Positions 42,518 through 51,916 of a DNA stretch of 64,000 bases are shown here, one piece after another (the stretch's first letter is position 1; every line of letters begins with the position of its first letter). Under the pieces are notes generated by a model. The model saw only the letters and a list, made by a program, of their open reading frames with translations, was not told the origin of the DNA and ran no database searches. The position numbers and the translations under genes were made by a program. Source of the DNA: Thermodesulfobacteriota bacterium (lineage in GTDB: Bacteria > Desulfobacterota_D > UBA1144 > Nemesobacterales > Mycalebacteriaceae); contig OZ242184.1 in NCBI GenBank assembly GCA_965205855.1, positions 608,001 to 672,000 of the forward strand, given 5' to 3'.

Positions 42518-44374
42518 GTGTTGTCAACCGGCTTGCAAAAACAGACGATAGACCAATATAAAAAAGCACTTGAAATTCTGCGCGAAACTTTCGGTTTTAC
42601 CGACTTCCGCTCGCATCAGGGAGAGGTTGTAAGGACGCTTCTTGAAGGCGGGGACGCTATTGTCGTAATGCCCACGGGCGCGGGAAAGTCTCTTTGCTAT
42701 CAGATTCCGTCTGTCGTGTGTGAGGGAACCGGGGTTGTTGTCTCACCGCTTATTGCCCTTATGAAAGATCAGGTTGACGCCCTGCGCCAATACGGGGTTC
42801 GGGCCGCGTTTCTCAATTCAAGCATGTCTTACCGTCAACTTTGCGACACCGAAGACGCTTTACTCGGAGGAAATCTTGATTTGCTTTATGTCGCGCCCGA
42901 AGGGCTGATTTCCGGAGGGATACTTGGGATGCTTGAGAAAATCAATGTCGCGCTGTTCGCTATTGACGAGGCGCACTGCGTATCGCGCTGGGGCCATGAT
43001 TTTCGTCCCGAATATCTGGAACTCTCCGTTCTTGCCGACCGTTTCCCGGACACACCGCGTATTGCTCTGACCGCCACTGCGGACGATGCAACCCAGCGGG
43101 AGATTGCGGAGCGGTTGATTCTGCAATCCGCCGAAAGGTATATCGCCGGTTACGACCGTCCGAACATTCTCTACATGATAAGCGAGGCGGTTGAAGCGAG
43201 GGCGGCTCTGCTTGATTTCATCAATACCAAACACAAGGGCGACAGCGGGATTGTTTACTGTATGTCGCGCAAGAGTGTGGAGAAAACCTCCGAGTGGCTC
43301 TCGTCAAAGGGTCTTGATGCAATTCCCTATCACGCCGGAATGGCGAAAAGTGAGAGGGAGGAAAACCACAACCGGTTTTTGCACCGGGAGGGGGTTGTTG
43401 TTGTGGCGACCATCGCTTTTGGGATGGGTATTGACAAGCCCGATGTCCGCTTTGTGGCACACTTGAACCTGCCGAAGACCATTGAGTCCTACTATCAGGA
43501 AACCGGACGCGCCGGACGCGATGGGCTGCCCGCAAGCGCGTGGATGAGTTACGGCTTGCAGGATTTGATGATGCTGATTCAGATGGTTGACAACTCCGAA
43601 GCCGATGAAGCGTTCAAGAGAGTGGAGCGGTCAAAGATCAACTCTTTGCTGGGGCTTTGCGAAACCGCCGGATGCAGAAGGCAGTCGCTTCTCGGGTATT
43701 TTGGCGAACAGTATGAAGCCCCGTGCGGTAACTGCGACAACTGCCTCACTCCGCCCGAAACATGGGACGGGACGGTCGCCGCACAAAAGGCGCTTTCGTG
43801 TGTTTACCGCACGGGTGAAATGTTTGGAGTGGGTTATTTGATAGATGTGTTGCTCGGTAAAGACACCGAGAGGATAAGGAATTTCCGGCACGATAAATTA
43901 AAGGTTTACGGAGTGGGAACGGAGCTTGACGCCATGGATTGGCGTTCGGTCGTCCGGCAGCTTGTCACCGCCGGAGCGCTCGCTCCCAAGTCAGACGGCT
44001 ACGGAGGGCTCCGTCTGACGGAGAAAGGGGACGCTTTAATGCGCGGGAAAGAAAATATGTTTTTCCGCAAACTTACGAAGAGGGAGAAACCGAAGAAAGA
44101 GAGAAAGGCGAGACCGCCCCGTGTTTCAAAAGATGTGAGCGAAGCGGATATGCCGATTTTTGAAAAACTGCGCGAGTTGCGGGCAAGATTTGCCCGTGAG
44201 CAGAATGTGCCGCCGTATGTGATTTTTCACGATGCGACTCTTGCCGAGATGGCGAAGGAAAAGCCGTTTGATTTGTTGCAGATGGGTTTTATTTCTGGCG
44301 TGGGACAGAGGAAACTTGATAAGTATGGGGAAGAGTTTTTGAAGGTTTTGAAAGGGTTTCAAAACGCGGATTGA
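42518..44374 (+). CDS. recQ: DNA helicase RecQ
   Basis: [35 protein letters not shown] and HRDC domains. Confidence 0.97.
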   Translation: MLSTGLQKQTIDQYKKALEILRETFGFTDFRSHQGEVVRTLLEGGDAIVVMPTGAGKSLCYQIPSVVCEGTGVVVSPLIALMKDQVDALRQYGVRAAFLNSSMSYRQLCDTEDALLGGNLDLLYVAPEGLISGGILGMLEKINVALFAIDEAHCVSRWGHDFRPEYLELSVLADRFPDTPRIALTATADDATQREIAERLILQSAERYIAGYDRPNILYMISEAVEARAALLDFINTKHKGDSGIVYCMSRKSVEKTSEWLSSKGLDAIPYHAGMAKSEREENHNRFLHREGVVVVATIAFGMGIDKPDVRFVAHLNLPKTIESYYQETGRAGRDGLPASAWMSYGLQDLMMLIQMVDNSEADEAFKRVERSKINSLLGLCETAGCRRQSLLGYFGEQYEAPCGNCDNCLTPPETWDGTVAAQKALSCVYRTGEMFGVGYLIDVLLGKDTERIRNFRHDKLKVYGVGTELDAMDWRSVVRQLVTAGALAPKSDGYGGLRLTEKGDALMRGKENMFFRKLTKREKPKKERKARPPRVSKDVSEADMPIFEKLRELRARFAREQNVPPYVIFHDATLAEMAKEKPFDLLQMGFISGVGQRKLDKYGEEFLKVLKGFQNAD

Positions 44375-44397
44375 AGTTGTCATAAAATACTTTTCCA

Positions 44398-44420
44398 ATT
44401 CCTGCAAAAGTGGGAATCTA
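44398..44420. repeat. dRS3/REP-like palindrome, left flank of the lipoprotein island
   Basis: ATTCCT-GCAAAAGT-GGGAAT-CTA, one mismatch to ATTCCC-N8-GGGAAT. Confidence 0.55.
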
Positions 44421-44626
44421 CAATTTCTACAAAAATATATTTGATAAAAAGAAGATTTTCCGTATAAAATTTTTCCCGCTTACTGTTTGAAAAGAGACCC
44501 CGTGCTGTCGGGTCTCTGTGAATATAAGACCCTTGCGGGAAATTAACAGAACTTTCAAAACTCTTTTTGAACAGTAAGCAAGACCCGGCTCCTTGTGTGT
44601 CCGGTTTTGCAAAAAGGAGGTTTGAA

Positions 44627-44926
44627 ATGTTAAGTTGCAAAAGATCTTTTCATTTTTACTCTACAAGAAACGTGGGATTGCTGATTTTGGCAATCTTACT
44701 TCTAGCTGGTTTGTCTTCTTGTGGTGGTATGCCAGAACCAACCATGGGTCCCGATGGAAGGCTCGGATATACAGTTGATTGTGGCGGAAGAAACGTGGAT
44801 GGTTGCTACAGGCACGCCGCCAAAATCTGTGGGGGTAAGTATGAAATAGGTAAGACGTTTTCTTCACAGTCTCAATATAAAGGTTCTGGTAGCACCACAT
44901 TTTCAATGAGAATCTATTGCAAATAG
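44627..44926 (+). CDS. Small Cys-containing lipoprotein
   Basis: SD AAGGAGG; lipobox LSSC; GPDG...C...C...A..IC..KY...C pattern. Confidence 0.75.
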   Translation: MLSCKRSFHFYSTRNVGLLILAILLLAGLSSCGGMPEPTMGPDGRLGYTVDCGGRNVDGCYRHAAKICGGKYEIGKTFSSQSQYKGSGSTTFSMRIYCK

Positions 44927-44943
44927 TTGGAGGAGGGTAGAAG

Positions 44944-45011
44944 TGCATGGAGAAATACGTATGGGAAAAGAAATGAGTATCAGACAAGGAAGACCCAAAT
45001 GAACAGTTATA
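44944..45011 (+). repeat. 68-bp direct repeat, copy 1 (gene end + RBS + MNSY start)
   Basis: 62/68 identical to 46361-46428 by manual alignment. Confidence 0.9.
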
Positions 45012-45997
45012 GAAAAAGCAACAGTCTCAAAATATACGCAAACAAAAAGACCTTTTCGTTTTTATTTCACAAGAGACTGGGATTGCTGGTTTTGGCAATC
45101 TCATTTCTAATGGCGGGTTGCGGACCTAAGTTTGAGTTGTCCGAAGCGGCTTACAGAAAACAGACATCAACGGGCGTAAAGGTTCGTCCTGAAGTCGGGA
45201 TACCGAAAACACCTTCCGTTGAATACATCCGTATCCGAATGACGGACAGCGTTTTTCTTGACCCGCCGGAAGTTGACAATCCTTCCATTTATGTGCGCGT
45301 CCGCAACACTTCCGGCAGAGACATAGACCTTCAAGCGGCTGTGGCTCAAAAGTTACGCTCGCTTGGATACAAAATTACAAGAAACGCTTCCACGGCAACA
45401 TATGTTCTGCAAGCAAACCTTTTGTTTGCGGATGAAGTTTCAGTTGCGGAACTCGCCAAGATAGATGAAACCAAATACGGATTCAGCATAGGTAGAACCG
45501 CCGCCGGTCTTTTGGTTGGCGCAGGGTTGGGAGCCGGAGCGGGCGCGCTTCTCGGCGATGGCGATGTTACCGGAGAAGCCATAGTCGGCGGAGTTGTCGG
45601 CGGAGCAGTCGGCGCAATAGGAGATGCTCTCAGCCAACGCTCGCGCAATCAGCGTATGGCAGCCAAGCAGTGGATTAGATACTTCTCGCTTGTTGTTGAT
45701 ATTCAGTTGCGCGAACGCATAAAGGGTGAAAAAAACCAAGTTTTTATAGAGGGTTCCAGTGGTTCATCCGCTCAAGGAGATGACCAAGCAGGATCGAGAG
45801 AACAAGGTTTCGCCAGCGGTCAGGATTCACAAAGCTCCTATTCTCGGCGGGAATCTCAAACCTATTCTGAAACCAGCGATTGGAAACGTTATCAAACCCG
45901 CATATTGGGGAAAGCCAAGGGGAAGCTTGTTGTGTTTGAGGATGTTCAGCAGGACTTTGCTGTTAAAGTGGCGAGCTCCATTGCGGGGTTGTTTTGA
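44999..45997 (+). CDS. traT: TraT-family (complement resistance / surface exclusion) lipoprotein
   Basis: Lipobox MAGC; MTDSVFLDP...IYVRVRNTS, YVLQAN, glycine zipper, DIQLRER, SIAGLF end. Confidence 0.85.
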   Translation: MNSYRKSNSLKIYANKKTFSFLFHKRLGLLVLAISFLMAGCGPKFELSEAAYRKQTSTGVKVRPEVGIPKTPSVEYIRIRMTDSVFLDPPEVDNPSIYVRVRNTSGRDIDLQAAVAQKLRSLGYKITRNASTATYVLQANLLFADEVSVAELAKIDETKYGFSIGRTAAGLLVGAGLGAGAGALLGDGDVTGEAIVGGVVGGAVGAIGDALSQRSRNQRMAAKQWIRYFSLVVDIQLRERIKGEKNQVFIEGSSGSSAQGDDQAGSREQGFASGQDSQSSYSRRESQTYSETSDWKRYQTRILGKAKGKLVVFEDVQQDFAVKVASSIAGLF

Positions 45998-46009
45998 TGA
46001 AGGGAAAAA

Positions 46010-46393
46010 ATGCGTAATTTTTTAATGGTTTTTGTCAGTGTTGTTTTTCTTACTGGATGTGGCGGCGCGGTTTATAAACACAAGTCGTGGTTGCCTCCTG
46101 AGGAGGTTGACAAAGTAACTTCCGATTGGGATGTGGCGTCAACCATCTGTGACGCGAGAGCTGGAAACAGAGAACTAACTCCTGAAGAACAGCAACAAAT
46201 TGCAGAGAAAAGAGAAGCGCTAAATTATACCGGAACCGTTACAAAGGACATTATGGGTCAGGCAGGTATTGCTGGCGGTGAGTATGTGGCTGCCGCCGCA
46301 GGTTTTATAAGTGGACTCTTGGGACGCAAAAGCTCGGTAGAGAAAGAAGAGTTTGCCGTATGTATGGAGGAATACGGATGGGAAAAGAAATGA
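46010..46393 (+). CDS. Lipoprotein with a glycine-zipper-like segment
   Basis: Lipobox LTGC; C...GAAAG...CMEEYGW end. Confidence 0.75.
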   Translation: MRNFLMVFVSVVFLTGCGGAVYKHKSWLPPEEVDKVTSDWDVASTICDARAGNRELTPEEQQQIAEKREALNYTGTVTKDIMGQAGIAGGEYVAAAAGFISGLLGRKSSVEKEEFAVCMEEYGWEKK

Positions 46394-46428
46394 GTATCGG
46401 ACAAGGAGGACTCAAATGAACAGTTATA
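46361..46428 (+). repeat. 68-bp direct repeat, copy 2
   Basis: Matches 44944-45011. Confidence 0.9.
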
Positions 46429-47203
46429 AAAGGAAATCTTTGAAAGAAAGGTCCACATTCTTTACACGCTTTTTGAGGAAGCATATAATACCTATCGTGG
46501 TAATGACTGGTAGTTTGTTTGGTGCTTACGAATACTTGGCTAAGTTTCTTACTTCCAAAAATTGCCTGGTTCCGAACAACGTATAACAGCTAACCAATCA
46601 GGCACAATTCACGCGGAGTTCACAAAAAACTCCAAACAGTATGGATATAATGGGGAGTTGTGGGGAAACTGGGCAAAAATGGATGAGTGTCCGTCCGAGA
46701 GTTTTGCCTATGCATTCAGGGTTAAAATTGAGAAAAAACAAGGTCGGGGCGATGATACTGCAGCAAATGGAATTCAATTGAAATGTAGGAAAAATAGTAG
46801 CAATCAAGAACAAAATAATAAAATTATTTCTTCTGCTGAAGGACCTTGGGGAACTTGGAGAGATTGGCACGAATGTGGAGACAACCAATTTCTATATGCA
46901 TATCAGTCGCGTATAGAAAAATACCAAGGCAGAGGTGATGATTCTGCTCTTAACGGATTTCGTTTTGCGTGCAAGAAATTCGGTGAGACAGAAGCAGAAG
47001 GAGAGAAAATGGTAAAAGGAGAGATGGAAGAAAGTGGATACTGGGGAGAGTGGACGGATAAAGCGGTTTGCCAAGGCAAAGCATTCATTGCCGGAATAAG
47101 GACAAAGGTCGAGCCGTATCAGGGGAAGTTTAGACGGGATGATACCGCTTTGAATGACGCAGAGTTCTTTTGTAAAAATATTAAAGTATCACCCACCAGT
47201 TAA
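46416..47203 (+). CDS. Vitelline membrane outer layer protein I (VMO-I, beta-prism) domain protein; N-terminal anchor out of frame
   Basis: Three repeats of WG.W...C......QG.GDD(T/S)A(A/L)N....C in 46562-47203; the SD-led ORF 46416-46586 joins this frame if the A5 run at 46557-46561 were A6. Confidence 0.8.
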
Positions 47204-47222
47204 AGCCCGATGTGTTTTCCAA

Positions 47223-47248
47223 ATCCCCGCTTTCGTGGGATATGACGG
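47223..47248. repeat. dRS3/REP-like palindrome, right flank of the island (inverted)
   Basis: ATCCCC-GCTTTCGT-GGGATA-TGACGG resembles ATTCCCGCTTTCGCGGGAATGAC. Confidence 0.55.
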
Positions 47249-47426
47249 TTGGGGTCTTTTCGTTTGGCAATCTGAGCGGAATTTAGGGGAACACAATATC
47301 TAATTCATCCCAACCCAAAGAAGAGTGCTGTTTGTTTCCACAATTTACTGCTTCCAAGATGTCAGCATCGGCACAAATCGCTTTTCCCCATTTCTGTAGT
47401 AAAAGCGGGAATACAGAGTAAGATTG

Positions 47427-47855
47427 TCAGGCTAAGGGGTTAACCCACCGCAGTCCGGGAAACCTGCCGAAATCCGAATCATTGGAATGAACCTCCGCTT
47501 GATATTCTATCGCAATGGCGGCAATGTGGGCATCGGACACGAGATTTCCGCCAACTCCCGCGGCATCCAGATTTTGCCGGAAGTATGTCAGGTGTTCAGT
47601 GCCCGGATTTACCGGAATTACACTGTCATATTGAAACCATGACTCCACTTTGCTGACCGCTTTTAACGGCGTAACGGGATTTTGCAGCACACGGGGGTGA
47701 GTTATCAACCTTACAAATCCGGAGGACACCAACCAGGGTACGCCGATTCTTTTGTCGCCATTGACGGTTTCCTCCCACCAATGTTTGGCTTTTTTGTGAT
47801 ACGGTGACTCGCTGTTGTAGGCATAGACCAGCAGGTTGATATCCGGCACTATCAT
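47427..47855 (-). CDS. vapC: VapC PIN-domain toxin
   Basis: MIVPDINLLVYA, DAHIAAIAIE, SNDSDF. Confidence 0.92.
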   Translation of the reverse strand: MIVPDINLLVYAYNSESPYHKKAKHWWEETVNGDKRIGVPWLVSSGFVRLITHPRVLQNPVTPLKAVSKVESWFQYDSVIPVNPGTEHLTYFRQNLDAAGVGGNLVSDAHIAAIAIEYQAEVHSNDSDFGRFPGLRWVNPLA

Positions 47856-48112
47856 TTTGTGGATTTTTTCACAAATTCGGCGGCTTCCAGTTCATCGTTC
47901 AACTGGTTGAGCCTTTGCCGGTCAACTCCGGAAACGAATTTGCTACGGATTGGAACAACCTTGAATTTGCGCGGACGCGGACTCTTGGCGCCGGGCTTCA
48001 TTCCTTTGCGCACCGCCTCATTTAACACTTCCTTGAAAGTCTTGTTGCGAAGACGGCTTTCCTTCTTCAAGTATTCCGCAACATCTTCGTCTAATGTCAG
48101 TGTTGTTCTCAT
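47852..48112 (-). CDS. vapB: VapB-type RHH antitoxin
   Basis: MRTTLTLDEDV...FKEVLNEAVR; overlaps the vapC start. Confidence 0.88.
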   Translation of the reverse strand: MRTTLTLDEDVAEYLKKESRLRNKTFKEVLNEAVRKGMKPGAKSPRPRKFKVVPIRSKFVSGVDRQRLNQLNDELEAAEFVKKSTK

Positions 48113-48118
48113 GTGAGC

Positions 48119-48150
48119 ATCTTGATGTATTGATGATATGATGTCAAGAT
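48119..48150 (-). promoter_or_regulatory. vapBC promoter/operator
   Basis: Minus strand TTGACA-17 bp-CAAGAT, 6 nt before the ATG; inverted repeat ATCTTGA/TCAAGAT enclosing TGATG x3 with 8-bp period. Confidence 0.65.
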
Positions 48151-48202
48151 TCTTTTTCTCCGTCATCCCGTGTCCGATACGGAGTTCTGAGTTTAAACCC
48201 AC

Positions 48203-48239
48203 AAAAAAAAGACGCCGCTTTTACACGGCGTCTTTTTTT
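48203..48239 (-). terminator. Intrinsic (bidirectional) terminator after glnA
   Basis: A8-GACGCCG-loop-CGGCGTC-T7. Confidence 0.85.
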
Positions 48240-48257
48240 CACAGTTCGACATTTCAA

Positions 48258-49721
48258 TCAAACATCATAGTAAAGAATAAACTCATGCGGAACCGGTCTC
48301 AGCCTTATGGGGTTGACCTCATTTTCCATCTTGTAGTCTACCCATGTCTGAAGCAGGTCTTCATCAAAAACTCCGCCTTTGAGGAGGAAATCGTGGTCTT
48401 TTTCAAGCGCCTTGAGAGCCTCTTCAAGAGAAGCGGGAACCGAAGGAATGCCCTGCAACTCTTCCGGTCCGAGAGCGTATATGTCTTTGTCCATAGGGTC
48501 TCCGGGCTTGATTTTGTTCTCAATTCCGTCGAGTCCGGCCATAAGCATCGCGGAGAATGTCAGATAACCGTTGCACGAAGGGTCAGGGAATCTGCACTCA
48601 AGTCGTTTTGCTTTCGGGCTTGGAGAATACATCGGTATTCTGACAGCCGCACTCCTGTTTCTTGCCGAGTAGGCAAGATTGACCGGAGCTTCAAAGCCCG
48701 GCACAAGGCGCCTGTACGAGTTGGTTGTTGAGTTGCTGAAAGCACATATTGCCCTTGCGTGTTTGAGTATGCCACCTATGTAGTGCATCGCGGTCTCGCT
48801 CATTCCCGCGTATCCGTTGCCGGCAAAAAGCGGCTTGCTTTTTTTCCAAAGGGACTGGTGAACATGCATTCCCGAACCGTTGTCGTCAAACAGGGGTTTG
48901 GGCATAAAAGTTACGGATTTGCCGTGCATACGCGCCACATTGCGACAGATGTATTTATACCACATCATCTGATCGCCCATTGTGAGCAGCGGGGCGAACT
49001 TCATATCAATCTCCGCCTGACCACCGGTCGAAACCTCATGGTGGTGCGCCTCAACAACAATCCCAAGTTCCTGCATAACGGAAACCATTTCCGACCTGAG
49101 GTCGTGGTGGCTGTCCGCCGGAGGAGTCGGGAAGTATCCCTCTTTGTGTCTCAGTTTGTACCCGAGGTTCGGGAAGTCATCGCTTCCGGAATTCCAGATT
49201 CCCTCATCGGAATCCACAAAGTAATAACCGGAGTTTGCCGTCTGGTCATAGCGAACATCTTCAAGGATAAAAAATTCAAGTTCGGGGCCGAAGTAAGCCG
49301 TGTCCGCCACGCCCGTGCTTTTCATATACGCTTCCGCTTTTGAGGCGATTGTTCTCGGGTCGCGGGAGTAGGGTTCTTTTGTAATCGGATCCACTATATT
49401 GCAGAGAACCGCAACCGTGGGTTTTTTCATGAACGGGTCAAGCTTTACCGTGGCCGGGTCGGGAACAGTGAGCATATCGCTTGAGTTGATGGTTTTCCAT
49501 CCCCTTATGCTTGAGCCATCAAATCCCATTCCTTCTTCAAAAGCCGACATTTCAAATTCTGTCACCGGAATTGTGAAATGCTGCCACATTCCCACAAAGT
49601 CAAGAAAGCGCAGGTCAACAAACTCCGCCTTGCTGCCCTTTATGAATTTGACCGCTTTTGCGATCTCCGTTCTATTCGGTTTTATCTGTTTTACAGATGT
49701 TGTTTTTTTCGAATTTGCCAA
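48258..49721 (-). CDS. glnA: Glutamine synthetase type I
   Basis: FDGSSI, HHEV, FMPKP, NGSGMH, RNRSA, RFPDP; TTG start with SD AGGAGG. Confidence 0.97.
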   Translation of the reverse strand: MANSKKTTSVKQIKPNRTEIAKAVKFIKGSKAEFVDLRFLDFVGMWQHFTIPVTEFEMSAFEEGMGFDGSSIRGWKTINSSDMLTVPDPATVKLDPFMKKPTVAVLCNIVDPITKEPYSRDPRTIASKAEAYMKSTGVADTAYFGPELEFFILEDVRYDQTANSGYYFVDSDEGIWNSGSDDFPNLGYKLRHKEGYFPTPPADSHHDLRSEMVSVMQELGIVVEAHHHEVSTGGQAEIDMKFAPLLTMGDQMMWYKYICRNVARMHGKSVTFMPKPLFDDNGSGMHVHQSLWKKSKPLFAGNGYAGMSETAMHYIGGILKHARAICAFSNSTTNSYRRLVPGFEAPVNLAYSARNRSAAVRIPMYSPSPKAKRLECRFPDPSCNGYLTFSAMLMAGLDGIENKIKPGDPMDKDIYALGPEELQGIPSVPASLEEALKALEKDHDFLLKGGVFDEDLLQTWVDYKMENEVNPIRLRPVPHEFILYYDV

Positions 49722-49824
49722 CTGGGTTTCCTCCTGATAGTTAAGCTAATTGTGAGACTTTACAGCAAGAATTTTTATCAGTCAATTGTGCAGAGGGGTT
49801 TGTCGCGGTTGTATAATAATTGTT

Positions 49825-50475
49825 ATGAAAGACATAAACCTCGGCTATAAATTCCGCAATCCCGTTCTTCTTAAAACAGCTTTGACGCACCCGTCCCACA
49901 GGCACGAAAAAGGCGGTGTTGACAACCAACGGCTTGAATTTCTCGGAGATTCGGTTGTCGGATGTGTTACCGCAGAGGTTCTTTATGAGACTTTTCCCGA
50001 TTCGGACGAGGGCGAGCTGACGGCGAAAAAAAACGCCATAGTGAGCGGCGCAAACCTTGCCGAATATGCCGCAGCTCTCTCGCTCGGCAAATGCCTGTTG
50101 CTCGGCAAAGGGGAGGAAAAGGAAGGCAGAAGCAGGGAGTCAACCCTTGCGGACGCTTTTGAGGCGGTTATCGGAGCGGTTTTTCTTGACGGAGGTTACT
50201 CTGCGGCACGCGATATTGTTTCCTCTCTCATAACGGACAGCGCGGAGAAATGGAGCGTGCGGTATGACTACAAATCTGAGCTGCAAAAGGTTTTTCATAA
50301 AAAGATGGGCTCTCTTCCCGTTTATGCGACGGAGGAGACCGGTCTTGAGCATAAGAGATATTTCTTCAGCGAAGTTGGAGACGGGTCTGAAACCTTTGGA
50401 AGAGGCCAAGGAAAAAGCAAAAAAGAGGCGGAGCAACGCGCCGCACAAGAGGCGCTTGAAGCGCTGTCCCTGTAG
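49825..50475 (+). CDS. rnc: Ribonuclease III
   Basis: NQRLEFLGDS, ADAFEA, dsRBD ending SKKEAEQ. Confidence 0.96.
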   Translation: MKDINLGYKFRNPVLLKTALTHPSHRHEKGGVDNQRLEFLGDSVVGCVTAEVLYETFPDSDEGELTAKKNAIVSGANLAEYAAALSLGKCLLLGKGEEKEGRSRESTLADAFEAVIGAVFLDGGYSAARDIVSSLITDSAEKWSVRYDYKSELQKVFHKKMGSLPVYATEETGLEHKRYFFSEVGDGSETFGRGQGKSKKEAEQRAAQEALEALSL

Positions 50476-50483
50476 ATTGCCGC

Positions 50484-51773
50484 CTACAGGTCTCTGATTC
50501 TCAAAACAACGGTTGGCGTTTTTGTTATCCGTTTTTCAATTTCCGCGACCGCTTTTTTCATATTTTTTTCCGCGACTTTGCGGGTCATTATCACAACGGG
50601 AACCTTCTTTACCGACCCGTGTGGTTTCTGGATTACGGATTCTATGCTTATGCCCGATTTTCCGAGTATGGCGGAGATTTTTCCGAGAGTGCCGGGAGTA
50701 TCCTCGGCTTGGAATCTGGCGTAAAATTTGCCGGAGATATTCTGTCTTGGCACAAGAGAGAGAGTTTTTCCGCTTTGCGTAAACAGCTCCGCTATCCGCC
50801 CGCCGTCCGTCCGCCTCGCTATTCTCACAATGTCGCTCACAACCGCGCTTGCGGTTGGCATCATTCCCGCTCCCATTCCGTAGAACATCAACGGCCCCAC
50901 GGCGTCTCCCTCTATGCGCACGGCGTTGAAAACTCCCTCCACGGACGCAATCTGCGCGCCGGTTTTTACAAGAGCCGGGTAAACGCCCGCTTCTATGCCG
51001 CCACTTGAAACCTTTGCCGAAGCGAGGGGTTTGATTACATATCCGAGCTCTTTCGCGTATGATATGTCCGCTGGAGTGATGTTTTTTATTCCCTCAACCG
51101 TGAGGTCTTTGAGGTTAAACCTACTTCCCCACGCGAGCGTTATCATTATCAGCAATTTATGCGCGGAGTCCGTTCCGTTTATGTCAAATGACGGGTCTGC
51201 TTCGGCATATCCGTTTCTTTGCGCATCCGAAAGAATTTCTTTGAAAGGTTTTCCCTCCGCCGACATTCTGTGCAGTATGTAGTTTGAGGTTCCGTTCATT
51301 ATGCCGTGGACCGACAGTATTGTGTTTGCGCAAAGCCCTTCGCAAAGTCCTTGTATAAGCGGTATGCCGCCCGCCACACTTGCCTCAAATCCGACTTCTG
51401 CGTTGTTTGCGGCAGCGGCGGTGAAAATCTCTTTTCCTCTGTGAGCCAGAAGCGCTTTGTTCGCGGTGACGAGTTGTTTGCCGTTTTTCAGCGTGGCGAG
51501 CGCAAACTCTCCTGCGGTTGTTGTGCCGCCGATGAGTTCAACAATGATGTCAATTTCCGGATCGTTGATGAGTTCATACGCGTCTTTTGTGAATAGAGTT
51601 TTGGGTATTTTTACGGGTCTTTTTCTCTTTGGCTCCAGGTCTGCGATTTTTTTTATAACAAGGTCGGTTCCGGTTCTTTCTTTTATGATTTTCCGGTTGC
51701 GCCGTATGACTTCATACACTCCGCACCCGACCGTGCCGGCGCCGATGAGTCCGATGTTGGTTTTGTTTTTCAT
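50484..51773 (-). CDS. hom: Homoserine dehydrogenase (with ACT domain)
   Basis: GAGTVG, VTANKA, FEASVAGGIP, NGTSNYIL, GYAEADP. Confidence 0.96.
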   Translation of the reverse strand: MKNKTNIGLIGAGTVGCGVYEVIRRNRKIIKERTGTDLVIKKIADLEPKRKRPVKIPKTLFTKDAYELINDPEIDIIVELIGGTTTAGEFALATLKNGKQLVTANKALLAHRGKEIFTAAAANNAEVGFEASVAGGIPLIQGLCEGLCANTILSVHGIMNGTSNYILHRMSAEGKPFKEILSDAQRNGYAEADPSFDINGTDSAHKLLIMITLAWGSRFNLKDLTVEGIKNITPADISYAKELGYVIKPLASAKVSSGGIEAGVYPALVKTGAQIASVEGVFNAVRIEGDAVGPLMFYGMGAGMMPTASAVVSDIVRIARRTDGGRIAELFTQSGKTLSLVPRQNISGKFYARFQAEDTPGTLGKISAILGKSGISIESVIQKPHGSVKKVPVVIMTRKVAEKNMKKAVAEIEKRITKTPTVVLRIRDL

Positions 51774-51916
51774 TCAGTTCTCCTTCAATCCGCAATCCGC
51801 AAGTGGGGATGAGAGATTTTCCCGTTCAGTTTATAGGCGATTTTGTCCCGTTCCAACTCAAAAACGCGTTCGGTATCTTTTTTTTTTGCTCTGTGGTTTT
51901 GATACACGGGGCAACA

